A stretch of 63,926 bases of DNA, filler included, from Lama guanicoe (GCA_013239625.1; 102 parts of 102 records of this genome joined end to end with filler, not necessarily neighbours in it), one strand, 5' to 3'. Positions 46,253 through 59,822 are shown, counted from the whole stretch's first letter. Made by a program: numbers and translations. Notes: a model not told the origin generated them from the letters alone.

Positions 46253-47220
46253 GAGAAATAACTTCCCTGACCTTGGGGAGGCAGCCTCAGTCACTGGGAT
46301 TACCTGCAAACCCCCATAGCATTCCCTGTCACAGAGACATTTGGAAAAACACAGGGGAGTCGAGCTTAGGCATTCCGTTAGAACCCACGCGCTACCGACC
46401 GTTGGTGGAAACTCCACAAGATCATGATTCCGGAACCATTGTCAGTGCGTGGGGAGCTCGAGAGACAACTCCAAGCAGCTCTCTTCAGTCACAGGTGTTC
46501 CCTCTTAGGGGGAATTCTGAGAAATACAGTCCCTGACATTTGGGAGGCAGCCTCAGTCACTGGGATTGCCGGCAAACACCCCTAGCATTCCCTGGCAGAG
46601 AGACATAAGGAAAAAACACAGGGGAGACGAGCTTAGGCATTCCGTTAGAACCCACGCGCTACCGACCGTTGGTGGAAACTCCACAAGATCATGATTCCGG
46701 AACCATTGTCAGTGCGTGGGGAGCTCGAGAGACAAATCCACGCAGCACTCTTAAGTCACAGGTGTTCCCTGAATGGGGAATTCTGAGAAATACTTTCCCT
46801 GAACTTTGGGAGGCAACCTCTGTCACTGGGATTGGCTGCAAACACCCCTAGCACTCCCTGGCACAGAAACATTAGGAAAACTCACAGGGGAGACGAGCTT
46901 AGGCATTCCATTAGAACCCACGCGCGGCCGACCGTTGGTGGAACCTCCCCACGCTCAGGATTCCGGAACCATTGTCAGTGCGTGGGGGAGCTCGAGAGAC
47001 AACTCCACGCAGCTCTCTTCATTCACAGGTGTTCCCCTTTAGGGGGAATTCTGAGAAATACATTCCCTGACCTTGGGGAGGCAGCCTCTGACACTGGGAT
47101 TTCCTGCAAACACCCCTAGCATTCCCTGGAACAGAGAAATTAGGAAAAAACCCAGGGGAGTTGAGCTAAGCCATTCCGTTATAACCCACGCGCTGCCTAC
47201 CGTTGGTGGAACCTCCCCAC
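46253..47220 (+). repeat. 267-bp satellite (about 3.6 units)
   Basis: Family consensus motifs in tandem. Confidence 0.97.
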
Positions 47221-48354
47221 NNNNNNNNNNNNNNNNNNNNNNNNNNNNNNNNNNNNNNNNNNNNTTAATTAATTAANNNNNNNNNNNNNNNNNNNNNNNN
47301 NNNNNNNNNNNNNNNNNNNNCTTCTCACCTCAGATCCTCTGTCTAATTGCCTTCTGTTCATGGGAAAACGAGTCCGGTAGGGTGGGGCTACCTAGGCCTC
47401 CCTCCCTCCCTCACAGGTGATTGTGACAAACTTCTCCCCACTCCTCACTCCAACTCTAGCTTCTGAGGAGTCTACCCTCCTGGACCCTGCAGACTCTGCA
47501 TCTTCCCAAGATGCACATGTGGCCATGATCCTCCCTTCAGATTTCTTCCTGGCTGGCCCTGTCCAGCCCACAGCCCCTTAAGGATAACTGGCATTGCTTT
47601 GACAATGGCAAACGCCACTGACTGACACACCAATGCTGTATGGTCTGGGCTTTCCTCCAACCCAGACACAGCCCTGCCCCACCTCAGCCTCAGTCTGCAG
47701 CCCTCGAGATGATCTAATTCACATGCAAGGCTGTGAATAGCAGCTAAGAGTGACGACTCCCAACGTGTATCTCTAGTCCGGCTCCTTCACCTGAGCCCCA
47801 CGCTCATCGACCCGAGTGCCTCTTTGAAGTTCTAACTTGGATGAAAAATGGCATCTTAAAAATGCCTCATGTCCACCATTTACTCTGGAATTCCATTCCT
47901 GGCAGGTATCTCCCACACTCCCCATTTTACTAACAGCCCCAGCACCCACTGAGCTGTCTGAGGTCACATTCAATTTCCACTGTTCCCTCCCCCTGGCCCT
48001 GCCNNNNNNNNNNNNNNNNNNNNNNNNNNNNNNNNNNNNNNNNNNNNTTAATTAATTAANNNNNNNNNNNNNNNNNNNNNNNNNNNNNNNNNNNNNNNNN
48101 NNNTCTGTATTTTGGATTAAAACCCAGTAACATTTTGCTATATTGACTGCAGGGATTCTTAATTATTTTTTAATAGAAATAAAATAAATGGAAACAAAAT
48201 ATTGGAGTGAATGAACGTCTTAGGGTTGATGTGTGTCCTTGTATTTATTTTGATACCTCATCTGTTTATAAACATAATCTACAAACAGTTAGCTTGTTTA
48301 GCATAAGAGTTAAACAGAGGGAAGTGACACACACTGTTGGGGGTTGAAGCTGAT

Positions 48355-48408
48355 CTTCTTGGGCAAATTATGTAGCCTCTCTGTGCCTTAGTTGCATCTT
48401 CTGTGACT
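48355..48408 (+). mobile_element. MIR core fragment
   Basis: CTTGGGCAAATTATGTAGCCTCTCTGTGCCTTAGTTGCATCTTCTGTGA. Confidence 0.55.
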
Positions 48409-48603
48409 GCCCCCGGCCCCCTCATCACAGCTGATTTCCTAGACTAGATATTGGGTGGGAGTCTGCTGAAGGGAGTAAGAATAGGTAACTGCTAGGGATA
48501 CTGNNNNNNNNNNNNNNNNNNNNNNNNNNNNNNNNNNNNNNNNNNNNTTAATTAATTAANNNNNNNNNNNNNNNNNNNNNNNNNNNNNNNNNNNNNNNNN
48601 NNN

Positions 48604-49089
48604 AGTGACAGAGGATGCCTCCCCAAGGTCTGGGAAGTTATTTCTCGGACTTTACCCAAGAGGGAACACCTGTGACTGAAGAGAGATGCGTGGAGTTGTC
48701 TCTCGAGCTCCCCCTCGCACTGACAATGGTTCGAGAATCCTGAGCGTGGGGAGGTTCCACCAACGGTCGACATCGCGTGCGTTCTAACGGAATGCCTAAG
48801 CTCGTCTCCCCTGGGTTTTTTCCTAATATCTCTGTGCCAGGGAATGCTAGGGGTGATTGCTGGAAGTCCCAGTGACAGAGGATGCCTCCCCAAGGTCTGG
48901 GAAGGTATTTCTCGGACTTCCCCGAGCAGGGAACACCTGTGACTGAAGATAGCTGCGTGGAGTTGTTTCTCGAGCTCCCCCTCGCACTGACAATGGTTCG
49001 AGAATCCTGAGCGTGGGGAGGTTCCACCAACGGTCGACATCGCGTGCGTTCTAACGGAATGCCTAAGCTCGTCTCCCCTGGGTTTTTTC
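48604..49089 (-). repeat. 267-bp satellite
   Basis: AGTGACAGAGGATGCCTCCCCAAGG at 48604 and 48871. Confidence 0.95.
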
Positions 49090-49189
49090 NNNNNNNNNNN
49101 NNNNNNNNNNNNNNNNNNNNNNNNNNNNNNNNNTTAATTAATTAANNNNNNNNNNNNNNNNNNNNNNNNNNNNNNNNNNNNNNNNNNNN

Positions 49190-49661
49190 CAGAATTTAGA
49201 AAATAGAATGCAGAACACAGAATTTAGAATATTGAACAAAAAATACTGAATATAGAATTTAGAATATAGAAAGCAAAACACAGAATTTAGAATATACAAT
49301 ACAGAATATTGAATATAGAACACAGAATATGGAATACGGAAAACAGATACAGATCCCAGAAGTTAGAATATGGAATGCAGAACACTGTATTTAGAATACA
49401 GAATACAGAATATTGCATATAGAATTTAGAATATGGATTGTAGAACACAGAATATAGAATATAGAATAATGAATAAAGAATTTAGATTATAGAATGTAGG
49501 ACACAGAATAGAGAATATAGAATACGGAATGTAGAATATAGAATACAGAATATTGAATATAGAACACAGAATATGGAATACGGAAAACAGATACAGATCC
49601 CAGAAGTTAGAATATGGAATGCAGAACACTGTATTTAGAATACAGAATACAGAATATTGCA
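49190..49661 (+). repeat. Heptamer satellite (244-bp local duplication)
   Basis: GGAATACGGAAAACAG at 49331 and 49575. Confidence 0.95.
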
Positions 49662-50421
49662 NNNNNNNNNNNNNNNNNNNNNNNNNNNNNNNNNNNNNNN
49701 NNNNNTTAATTAATTAANNNNNNNNNNNNNNNNNNNNNNNNNNNNNNNNNNNNNNNNNNNNATAAGCTAATCATTATAGGAGACTTTCACTGCTGTCCTT
49801 TAAGAAATCAGGCTTCCCAGATTGAGGCCTGAATGCCACCCTTCCCATGTTAATTTTTGCCTTAGTCACATGACTGGTTTGGGCCAAATTTTCTCACATT
49901 TACTAACTTCATAAACTAGGAGAAATTACTTAAATTAACCAAAGTTCAGTTACTCAACTTTTAAAAATACAAGTAGTATCTACCCAGAAGTTTGCCAATG
50001 TGATTATATCTGATAACTCCTTAAACAGTTTAATACTTTTGCCCTCAGTGACTGAGTTAATGGCAGTTACAAAGCAGACACTGGGAGGAATTGAGTCCAA
50101 AGCATTAAAATAATGAAATGACTTTGTTTAGCTAGAAAATAATTAACTCAATATATAAATGTTAATAGATTTAATCATTTAATTTGAATATACTAAATAG
50201 TGTGAATATTACTTTTATCCACTTGTGCATGTGTATTGGTTGGAGCTACATTGGTTCTCATGCATATGTGTTTCCTGACTGTACACAGTGTCTCAGATAA
50301 GTATTTCCATTCTTTTTTTTTNNNNNNNNNNNNNNNNNNNNNNNNNNNNNNNNNNNNNNNNNNNNTTAATTAATTAANNNNNNNNNNNNNNNNNNNNNNN
50401 NNNNNNNNNNNNNNNNNNNNN

Positions 50422-50797
50422 GTATTCTATATTCTATACTCTGTGTTCTACATTGTATATTCCTAATTCTATGTTCAGTATTCTGTATTCTATATTCTTA
50501 ATTCTGTGTTCTACATTGTATATTCATATTCTATATTTAGTATTCGGTATTGTATATTCTAAATTCTGTGTTCTGCATTCCATGTTCTAAATTCTGGATT
50601 CTATATTCTCTATTCTAAATTTTGTGCTCATTATTCTATATTTTATATTCTATATTCTGCACTCCGTAGTCTATATTCTAAATTCTTTGTTCTACATTCT
50701 ATATTCTAAATTCTATATTCAGTATACTGTATTTTCTATTCTAAATTGTGTGTTCTACATTCTATATTCTAAATTCTATATAAAGTATTCTGTATTC
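50422..50797 (-). repeat. Heptamer satellite
   Basis: 7-bp tiling. Confidence 0.95.
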
Positions 50798-51318
50798 NNN
50801 NNNNNNNNNNNNNNNNNNNNNNNNNNNNNNNNNNNNNNNNNTTAATTAATTAANNNNNNNNNNNNNNNNNNNNNNNNNNNNNNNNNNNNNNNNNNNNGGT
50901 TAAGGACTATTGAATGGATTCGTGTAATGCATGTAAATTCACAGATCTCAAAAATAAGACATCTCTGGAAGAGCCAGAGTTTGATAGATGCTGCTGCTTT
51001 CAGTGCTCTCCTTTGCAGCCGTGTTAGCCTTTTACCCCTCTCTCCCTCTGTGACTGAGGAGTTTATTGGCAATATTACTGGCAGTATCTATTGCCTTGAA
51101 GAATAGCTCCTTTTCCCTTCTAACCACTGATCATTCAGTGGCACTCAGACAGTCTTAGAAACTTGTTTGTGGTGAGTGATTCAACAAGTAGAGTTGGACC
51201 CTTTAAAGATTTTGCACCNNNNNNNNNNNNNNNNNNNNNNNNNNNNNNNNNNNNNNNNNNNNTTAATTAATTAANNNNNNNNNNNNNNNNNNNNNNNNNN
51301 NNNNNNNNNNNNNNNNNN

Positions 51319-51739
51319 CCACGCAGCTCTCTTCAGTCACAGGTGTTCCCTGCTTGGGGAATTCCGACAAACAACTTGCCTGACCTTGGGGAAGCAGCCT
51401 CTGTCCCTGGGACTTCCTGTAAACACCCTAGGATTCCCTGGCACAGAGACATTAGGAAAATCCTCAGGGGAGGCGAGCTTAGGCATTCCGTTAGAACCCA
51501 CGCGCTGCCGACCGTTGGTGGAACCTTCCCACGCTCAGGATTCCAGAACCATTGTCAGTGCGTGGGGGAGCTCGAGAGATAACTCCACGCAGCTCTCTTC
51601 GGTCACAGGTGTTCCCTGTTCGGGGAAGTCCGAGAAATACCATCCCTGGCCTTGGGGAGGCAGCCTTTGCCACAGGGACTTCCGGCAAAGCCCCCAAGCT
51701 TTCCCTGGCACAGAGACATTAGGAAAATCCTCAGGGGAG
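51319..51739 (+). repeat. 267-bp satellite
   Basis: CCACGCAGCTCTCTTC repeated. Confidence 0.95.
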
Positions 51740-52899
51740 NNNNNNNNNNNNNNNNNNNNNNNNNNNNNNNNNNNNNNNNNNNNTTAATTAATTAANNNNN
51801 NNNNNNNNNNNNNNNNNNNNNNNNNNNNNNNNNNNNNNNTATTAGAAAGAAAATGCTTAAGCTGGAAAAATGAAGATAAAAACAAACAAATATATATTAA
51901 AGAAAAATGAAAAGATGGGAGAAAAAAATGAAAAGAAGGCCAAAGATCCAAGTAAAAGCTCTGAGATTTTCTAGCTTCACGGTGGCCAGCAGCCGGGCAA
52001 GGCTGGATGGAGCCTGGTTCAGATCAGCAAGGGCGGGTCTTTTCACAGTTGCTAGCTTTAATGGGCATCCCGAGACCTTTCAGCCACTTTCTCCTCCATG
52101 AACATACTTCAGTGTGGAATTATGCTAATGATGCTGGAATTGCCTCTTCAGACCAGTTTAGCAGCTTGCTTAAGCCGGAGAGACGCGGGGCCGAGACTGA
52201 TGGAAACAGGAAGTTGTCCACGGTCACTACTCCTGCGCTGTTAGACTTTCTGCCACTGAGCAAACACAAAGGGTGTCTTCCAAGGGAGCTCGCTGCCCAC
52301 CTACCCTGCCACCCCATACATCTGCACCGGGAGCTGTGGCATTCCAGAGTCTTGCCAGAAGCCCACTGTAGGGCAGGGCCCCTGTGGACGCGCCTCACGT
52401 TCGCCAGACCACAGGCCTCTGAGCACAGAAGTGGGCCTGCTCCTGCCCTCACCTCCACTCTGTGCACCTCGCTGCTGCTGCGGGCACGTGGCGGGAAGTA
52501 CCCCACATGGTACAAAGCAAGCCCAAGACCAGCCTTCAACAGCACTGGGAACTGAGCAAATGATTACTCGTGATTAATGTGATTTAAGGTTTTTCGAGTA
52601 ACAAAGAACTCCTTTATGTCAATTATNNNNNNNNNNNNNNNNNNNNNNNNNNNNNNNNNNNNNNNNNNNNTTAATTAATTAANNNNNNNNNNNNNNNNNN
52701 NNNNNNNNNNNNNNNNNNNNNNNNNNAATATCAATAAATGGTTGGTGCCACCCTGAAATAGTCTCTATTAATAAGAGAATGATCTCAGTGTTCTAGGAAA
52801 ATAATATAAATGTGTAAAGTAAGATATAAGAATGGAATTATATTTTGTTAATGAAAAATAGCAACTTTCTCCTGAAGCAGGTTACTTCTGAATGGAAGA

Positions 52900-53580
52900 G
52901 AAAATAAGGGACACACTAATATGAGTATAGAAATCTGTGGAAGGCTTGTGGAAAAGGAAACCTGAGGAAAGAGTTTTGTACGTGGTCAGAATTGGCTAAG
53001 TTAAAATCAAATTGGGCAACGTAAATGACTCTTAGAAGTAAGCTGATACAAGAGTAGATTTGGTTTTCTCTCTGTTAAGAGGAAAAAATTTTCTTAAGAT
53101 GTTATTCCACCTTCAATAACAGATTATAAAACTTCTCATACCACTTAGATGATCTCTTCTGCCTTTACCTTTGACGTATTTTCTTGTTAATGAATTAGTA
53201 CTAATTTAGAGTGATCTATATGTTTATCAGACCAAGTGTTCTGAAATCTTTTAACAAGCCCCCAAATATCAAATTCAAATTAAAGTTCTTTTAATCTCCA
53301 GTTAAGTTTGGGGTGCTACAGAGGGCCGCTAAAAATTTTAAACTAGTAAGTTTCATTTGGCATTTTAAATAACATGGTACTGTCAAATGAATTATAAAAC
53401 TTCTACGGTTATATTTAATGAGAAACTTTTATTAATATAAATATTGTAGAAATTATATGGACTCTCTAAAATTCTGGTGTATCTGTAATGTTTCCAGTGA
53501 TAATTGTGGATATAGTGAACAGGTTTCTTTGTTGATTATAGTGTAACGGTGATTAACCATGCTTTTAAATCTTTTGTCAT
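52900..53580 (+). mobile_element. Probable AT-rich ERV1 internal (MER4-group-like) sequence
   Basis: GGTCAGAATTGGCTAAGTT, TTTGGTTTTCTCTCTGTTAA, ATCAAATTCAAATTAAAGTTCTTTT and CTACAGAGGGCC resemble MER4-group internal sequence as I recall it. Confidence 0.45.
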
Positions 53581-53680
53581 NNNNNNNNNNNNNNNNNNNN
53601 NNNNNNNNNNNNNNNNNNNNNNNNTTAATTAATTAANNNNNNNNNNNNNNNNNNNNNNNNNNNNNNNNNNNNNNNNNNNN

Positions 53681-54084
53681 TTTCTGGGATCAATTTGTGA
53701 TTCTTGAAACTGGTGATAGGAGAAGCAACCAGGTCCAAGGAACTATTTCAAAGTGCATAAGTAACTTGTTTCGTGGTTGAAACATCTGTCATGCGCATGT
53801 TCACAGCTCAGATATGCATGTTTGAGGAATCCGTGATGAATGAAACATGTTCGGAATACGGAATGCCATGGTGATGTAAACAATGTAAATTACATGTGTA
53901 TTGGTGAGAATTCGCTCAAAGAGTGTTTTCTACTGCCAAATGTCCGATTTTAGAACCTGGTGATACAAAAAACTTATGAAGTCAGAGTAAATATTTCAAA
54001 GGATAATATATGCCTTCTTTGGTGGATGACAGTTTACTAATCCACATGCTCAAAACTCAGAAACACATGTTTCTCGAATCCGTC
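53681..54084 (-). repeat. Highly diverged 248-bp-family satellite
   Basis: TGGTGATA at 53711/53958, TATTTCAAAG at 53744/53992, GAATCCGT at 53827/54076; retains CAGAGTAA, TGGATGA and TCCACATGCTCA. Confidence 0.8.
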
Positions 54085-54704
54085 NNNNNNNNNNNNNNNN
54101 NNNNNNNNNNNNNNNNNNNNNNNNNNNNTTAATTAATTAANNNNNNNNNNNNNNNNNNNNNNNNNNNNNNNNNNNNNNNNNNNNATATATCTCCAGATAC
54201 TGTGAAACATAAAGATATTCCAAGGAAGTCAGAAAACAGATTTATTAAGGAATGACTAAACTAAGTTGAGTTTCTGGGCTTAGAGATGGATAGGCATTAA
54301 GTGCCAACCTGAGGACGTAAGCTTGTCTTTAGCTGGAACGTAAGAGCAACATAAATTATTGACTTGTTAATATACTGTAGACTCTTTAGTTCAGGAAATG
54401 AAACCACCAATTGGAATGTTTTGAGAACAGCACAAAGAAGACCATAGATAAAATTGCTTCTTAAATTCTACCGCATGCTTAATATGCCATCTGAGACTAC
54501 ATTATGTGAACTTTATTGTTCCAGGAATGACACAATAGAGACCATGATCCCTGGACTTGTCCTACATTTACCTTCTGTTCCAACCTATCCTAACTTAACA
54601 CTATNNNNNNNNNNNNNNNNNNNNNNNNNNNNNNNNNNNNNNNNNNNNTTAATTAATTAANNNNNNNNNNNNNNNNNNNNNNNNNNNNNNNNNNNNNNNN
54701 NNNN

Positions 54705-54997
54705 AGAAATTGAATGCAGAGAACAGAATTAATAATATAGAATACAAAATACTGAATATAGACCTTAGAATATAGAAAGAAGAACACAGAATACAGAATA
54801 TAGAAAAGACAATTTACAACATGGAATGCAGAACACAGAATTTAGAATATAGAGTACAGAATACTGAATACAGAATTTTGAAAATAGAAGGTAGAACACA
54901 GAATATATAATGTAGAAAACGGAATGCAGAAGATAGAATACAGAATATAGAAGGTAGAATACAGAATATAAAATATGGAAAACAGAGTATAGAACCC
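54705..54997 (+). repeat. Heptamer satellite
   Basis: 7-bp tiling. Confidence 0.95.
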
Positions 54998-55097
54998 NNN
55001 NNNNNNNNNNNNNNNNNNNNNNNNNNNNNNNNNNNNNNNNNTTAATTAATTAANNNNNNNNNNNNNNNNNNNNNNNNNNNNNNNNNNNNNNNNNNNN

Positions 55098-55938
55098 TGT
55101 TCTAAATTCAATATTCTAAATCCTTTATTCAGTATTCTGTATTCTCTATTCTAAATTCTGTGTTCTACAATCTATATTCTAAATTCTATATAAAGTTTTC
55201 TGTATTCTATATTCCAAATTCTGTATTCGGCATTCCATGTTCTAAATTCTGCGTTCTATATTTTCTAATCTATATTCTATATACTGTGTTCTACATTTTA
55301 TATTCTTTATTCAATATTCTGCATTTCATATTCTACTTTCCATATTCTGTGTTCTACATTCTATATTCTAAATTCGATATTCAGTATTATGTATTCTATA
55401 TTCTAAATTCTGTGTTCTGCATTCCATGTTCTAAATTCTGGGTTCTATATTCTCTAATCTATATTCTATATACTGTGTTCTACATTTTATATTCTTTATT
55501 CAATATTCTGCCTTCCATATTCTACATTCCATTTTCTGTGTTCTACATTCTATATTCTAAATTCGATATTCAGTATTATGTATTCTATATTCTAAATTCT
55601 GTGTTCTGCATTCCATGTTCTAAATTCTGGGTTCTGTATTCTCTAATCAATATTATATATACTGTGTTGTACTTTCTATATTCTTAATTCAATATTCAGT
55701 ATTCTTTATTCAATATTCTGAATTCTGTGTTCATCATTCTATATTTGAAATTCTATATTCAGTATTCTGTTTTCTATATTCTAAATTCTGTGTTCTTCAT
55801 TCCATGTTCTCAGTTCTGGGTTTTGTATTCTGTTTCCCATATTCTATATTCTGTGTTCTATATTCTATCTTCTGTATTCTGTATTGTGAATTCCGTATTC
55901 TATATTCTATATTCAGTGTTCTACATTGTATATACTAA
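55098..55938 (-). repeat. Heptamer satellite with 189-bp higher-order repeat
   Basis: AATTCGATAT at 55371 and 55560. Confidence 0.95.
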
Positions 55939-56682
55939 NNNNNNNNNNNNNNNNNNNNNNNNNNNNNNNNNNNNNNNNNNNNTTAATTAATTAANNNNNN
56001 NNNNNNNNNNNNNNNNNNNNNNNNNNNNNNNNNNNNNNACTTTATATCACATAAAATTATACAGAATAAAGAAGTCCTGAAATCCAAATATTTGAAAAGG
56101 AATGATTAGGCTCCTAGTTATGACTGAAGAAAATGACAAGTTGTTGCAGGTTACTACCTGAAGACACAGATCAAGCACATCTAGTTTCAGAAAGGCCAAA
56201 AGCATTAACAGGATAGCAAAGGCTTTGGAAAAAATGGAAAAAAAANNNNNNNNNNNNNNNNNNNNNNNNNNNNNNNNNNNNNNNNNNNNTTAATTAATTA
56301 ANNNNNNNNNNNNNNNNNNNNNNNNNNNNNNNNNNNNNNNNNNNNAGCTCTGTGGACACTGGGCTGGGCTGGGGCTGAGTGGGGTTGCTGGAAATGGCTC
56401 CCTCTCCCCAGACATTCCATTCAGAGTGCCCCTAGTGACCATCCTGCCCCCATCCTCTGGGGCCCTAGGGGGGCTGTTCTACGGGCCGTTCTCCCACCTA
56501 ACGTACCTTGATACCAGATGACCTGGGGTGGGTCACCCCAGGTGCCTCACATGCCAGCACAGCCTCCTCCCCGACAGTAGCGNNNNNNNNNNNNNNNNNN
56601 NNNNNNNNNNNNNNNNNNNNNNNNNNTTAATTAATTAANNNNNNNNNNNNNNNNNNNNNNNNNNNNNNNNNNNNNNNNNNNN

Positions 56683-57084
56683 ATAGAATAGAGTATATAG
56701 AACACAGAAATTATATCATGGAATGCATAACTCTGAATTTAGAATATAGAATACAGAATACTGTATATAGAATTTAGAATATAGAATGTAGAACAAAGAA
56801 TATTGAATATAAATTACAAAATATAGAACCCAGAATTTAGGACATGGAAAGCAGAACACAGAATATAAAATATATAATACAGAATACAAAATATACAATT
56901 TAGAATATAGAATATAGAACACAGAATTTAGGATATAGAATAGAGAATATTGAACCCAGAATTTAGAACATGGTATGCGGAACACAGAATTCAGATTATT
57001 GAATATAGAAGACAGAGTTTAGAATATAGAATAGAGAATGCAGTATATAGAATTTAGAATATAGAATGTAGAATATAGAATGAA
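56683..57084 (+). repeat. Heptamer satellite
   Basis: 7-bp tiling. Confidence 0.95.
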
Positions 57085-57184
57085 NNNNNNNNNNNNNNNN
57101 NNNNNNNNNNNNNNNNNNNNNNNNNNNNTTAATTAATTAANNNNNNNNNNNNNNNNNNNNNNNNNNNNNNNNNNNNNNNNNNNN

Positions 57185-57632
57185 CGCTGCCGACAGTTGG
57201 AGGAACCTCCCCACGCTCAGGATTCTGGAACCATTTTCAGTGTGTGGGGAGCTCGAGAGACAACCCCACGCAGCTCTCTACAGTCACAGGTGTTCCCTGT
57301 TAGGGGGAATTCTGAGAAATACCTTCCCTGACCTTGGGGAGGCAGCCTCTGTCACTGGGATTGGCTGGAAACACCCCTAGCATTCCCTGGCACAGAGACA
57401 TTAGGAAAAAACCCAGGGGAGTCGAGCTTAGGCATTCCGTTAGAACCCACACGCTGCCGACAGTTGGAGGAACCTCCCCACGCTCAGGATTCCGGAACCA
57501 TTGTCACTGCGTGGGGGAGGTCGAGAGACAACTCCACGCAGCTCTCTTCATCACAGGTGTTCCCTGAATGGGGAAGTCCGAGGAATATCTTCCCTGAACT
57601 TTGGGAGGCAGCCTCTGTCACTGGGATTGGCT
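57185..57632 (+). repeat. 267-bp satellite
   Basis: CGCTGCCGACAGTTGGAGGAACCTCCCC repeated. Confidence 0.95.
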
Positions 57633-58041
57633 NNNNNNNNNNNNNNNNNNNNNNNNNNNNNNNNNNNNNNNNNNNNTTAATTAATTAANNNNNNNNNNNN
57701 NNNNNNNNNNNNNNNNNNNNNNNNNNNNNNNNAAATAACCTCTTCGCTTTTCTCAGTTGCAACTCCCAAGGAAGCCAATGACAACTCTTGACAATTTTCA
57801 CCCAAGTTAATAAGTTTCAGTGAATTCCTTCAAAAGTCTCCCTTTGTGACTTGATAATCATTGAAAAACCTAAGCAGTAAAGAAACTCTAGGCAAACACT
57901 TTTGTATCAGATTTTGAAATACAAAGTTCGTGTGACAGACAGGTATTCTCCAAGGTCACCTCAGTGCTTGTTCTTTCAGCAATTTTCTGTTTGCGCTTCT
58001 CTGTTGATTACAGCCAGTTGATTATTTATATCTAGATTAAA

Positions 58042-58469
58042 ATTATTTTTATTGTAGCATAGTCAGTTTACAATGTTGTGTCAATTTCTGGTGCACAGCA
58101 TAATGTTTAAGTCATACATGTACATACACACATTCATTTTCATATTCTTTTTCATCATAGGTTACTACAAGACATTGAGTAGTTCCCTGTGCTATACAAA
58201 AGAAATTTATCTATTTTATATATAGTAGCTAGTATCTGCAAATCTCGAACTCCCAATTTATCCCTGCCCAGCCCCTTTCCCCACTGATAACCATAAATTT
58301 GTTTTCTGTCTGTGAGTGTTTCTATTTTGTAAATAAGTTCATTTGTGTCTTTTTTTTTAAATTCCACGTGTAAGTGATATCATACGGTATTTTTCTTTCT
58401 CTTTCTGGCTTACTTCGCTACATGTTGCTACAAATAGCATTATTTTATGATTTTTTATGGCTGAGTACT
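58042..58469 (-). mobile_element. L1 3' end
   Basis: TTTTATTGTAGCATAGTCAGTTTACAATGTTGTGTCAATTTCTGGTG is the reverse complement of the tail near 61000. Confidence 0.9.
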
Positions 58470-58569
58470 NNNNNNNNNNNNNNNNNNNNNNNNNNNNNNN
58501 NNNNNNNNNNNNNTTAATTAATTAANNNNNNNNNNNNNNNNNNNNNNNNNNNNNNNNNNNNNNNNNNNN

Positions 58570-59237
58570 GGGGGCATTGGGGATGGAGACCTGGCAGGGC
58601 GGGCAGGGCGGGCAGGGCAGGTAGGGCGGGCCGGGGGAGCGGGCCCCTGCCCGGCCCCGCCCCCCCAGCCCGGTCCGGCCCTGCCCCACTGTCCAAGGGC
58701 GATACAGCAAGAGACCCCGCCCCAGCGTCCGCCTTGCGGGCGGGAGGAGGAGGGGCGCGCACGCGCAGACGCGCAGACGCGCAGACCCCGGAAACCGCCC
58801 AGAGCGTGTAGAAGCTGGGCGAGAGCCGGGTGTTCCCGGACCAGCTCCCGGAGGAGGAACGCGGCCTGGGGTCTAGGCCGCCGCGGGTCGTTGTCTCCGC
58901 TGCCGCCGCCAGGCAGGTAAGGGGGCGCTGGTGGGGTCGCGCATGTCGGGGAGTCGCCGGGTGAGGCCTGGGCTGTGCCGTTGGGGAGGCGCACAGGGAG
59001 GGGTGTGTGGGTGAGGTCCCGGCCGCGCTTCCCGTTAGGGCCCTGAGGCGGGTCCGGGCTCACCGCCCTCGTTCGTAGTGTACCCCGCCTCCCCACATTA
59101 GTAGCCCCTGAACGCCGCGTCTCCGCTGCCACTTATGCCGGGGTTTGGAGAAGCAGGTGCAGCTCCGGGAGGTGGGAGGGCGCCTGATGGCCCCGGAGCA
59201 CCTGCGACCGGCTCTCAGACCGTGGCCTGCTCCCAGG
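58570..59237 (+). promoter_or_regulatory. CpG-island promoter with probable non-coding first exon ending at 58916
   Basis: Multiple GGGCGG boxes, GCGCACGCGCA at 58757 (NRF1-like), CCGGAA at 58788 (ETS-like), donor CAG/GTAAGG at 58917. Confidence 0.7.
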
Positions 59238-59337
59238 NNNNNNNNNNNNNNNNNNNNNNNNNNNNNNNNNNNNNNNNNNNNTTAATTAATTAANNNNNNN
59301 NNNNNNNNNNNNNNNNNNNNNNNNNNNNNNNNNNNNN

Positions 59338-59722
59338 GAATGCAGAACACTTAATTTAGAATATAGAATACAGAATACTGAATATACAGTTTCGAATATA
59401 AAAGGTAGAACACAGAATATATAATGTAGAATACGGAATGCAGAATATAGAATACAGAATATAGAATTTGAACACAGAATATAAAATATGGAAAAGAGAA
59501 TATAGAAAACAGAAATTAGAACATGGCATGCAGAACACAGAATTTATACTGTATAATACAGTATACCTAATATAGGATTTAGAATATAGAATGTAGAACA
59601 CAGAATGTAAAATATAGAATACAGAATACTGAATATAGAATTAAGAATATAGAAATTAGAACACAGAATATATATTATAGAATACAGAATTTAGAACATG
59701 GAATGCAGAACACAGAATTTAG
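59338..59722 (+). repeat. Heptamer satellite
   Basis: 7-bp tiling. Confidence 0.95.
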
Positions 59723-59822
59723 NNNNNNNNNNNNNNNNNNNNNNNNNNNNNNNNNNNNNNNNNNNNTTAATTAATTAANNNNNNNNNNNNNNNNNNNNNN
59801 NNNNNNNNNNNNNNNNNNNNNN

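Noticed and set aside
51060..51156. Two small hairpins with AGAATA and ACA (H/ACA snoRNA-like)
   Set aside because: Hairpins are too short, there are no pseudouridylation pockets and the motifs are expected by chance
52007..52555. 182-aa ORF with a 141-aa antisense ORF
   Set aside because: No recognisable domain or splice context; typical chance ORFs in moderately GC-rich DNA
58518..59132. 204-aa minus-strand ORF
   Set aside because: Stop-poor CpG island; promoter motifs and the splice donor point to the plus strand
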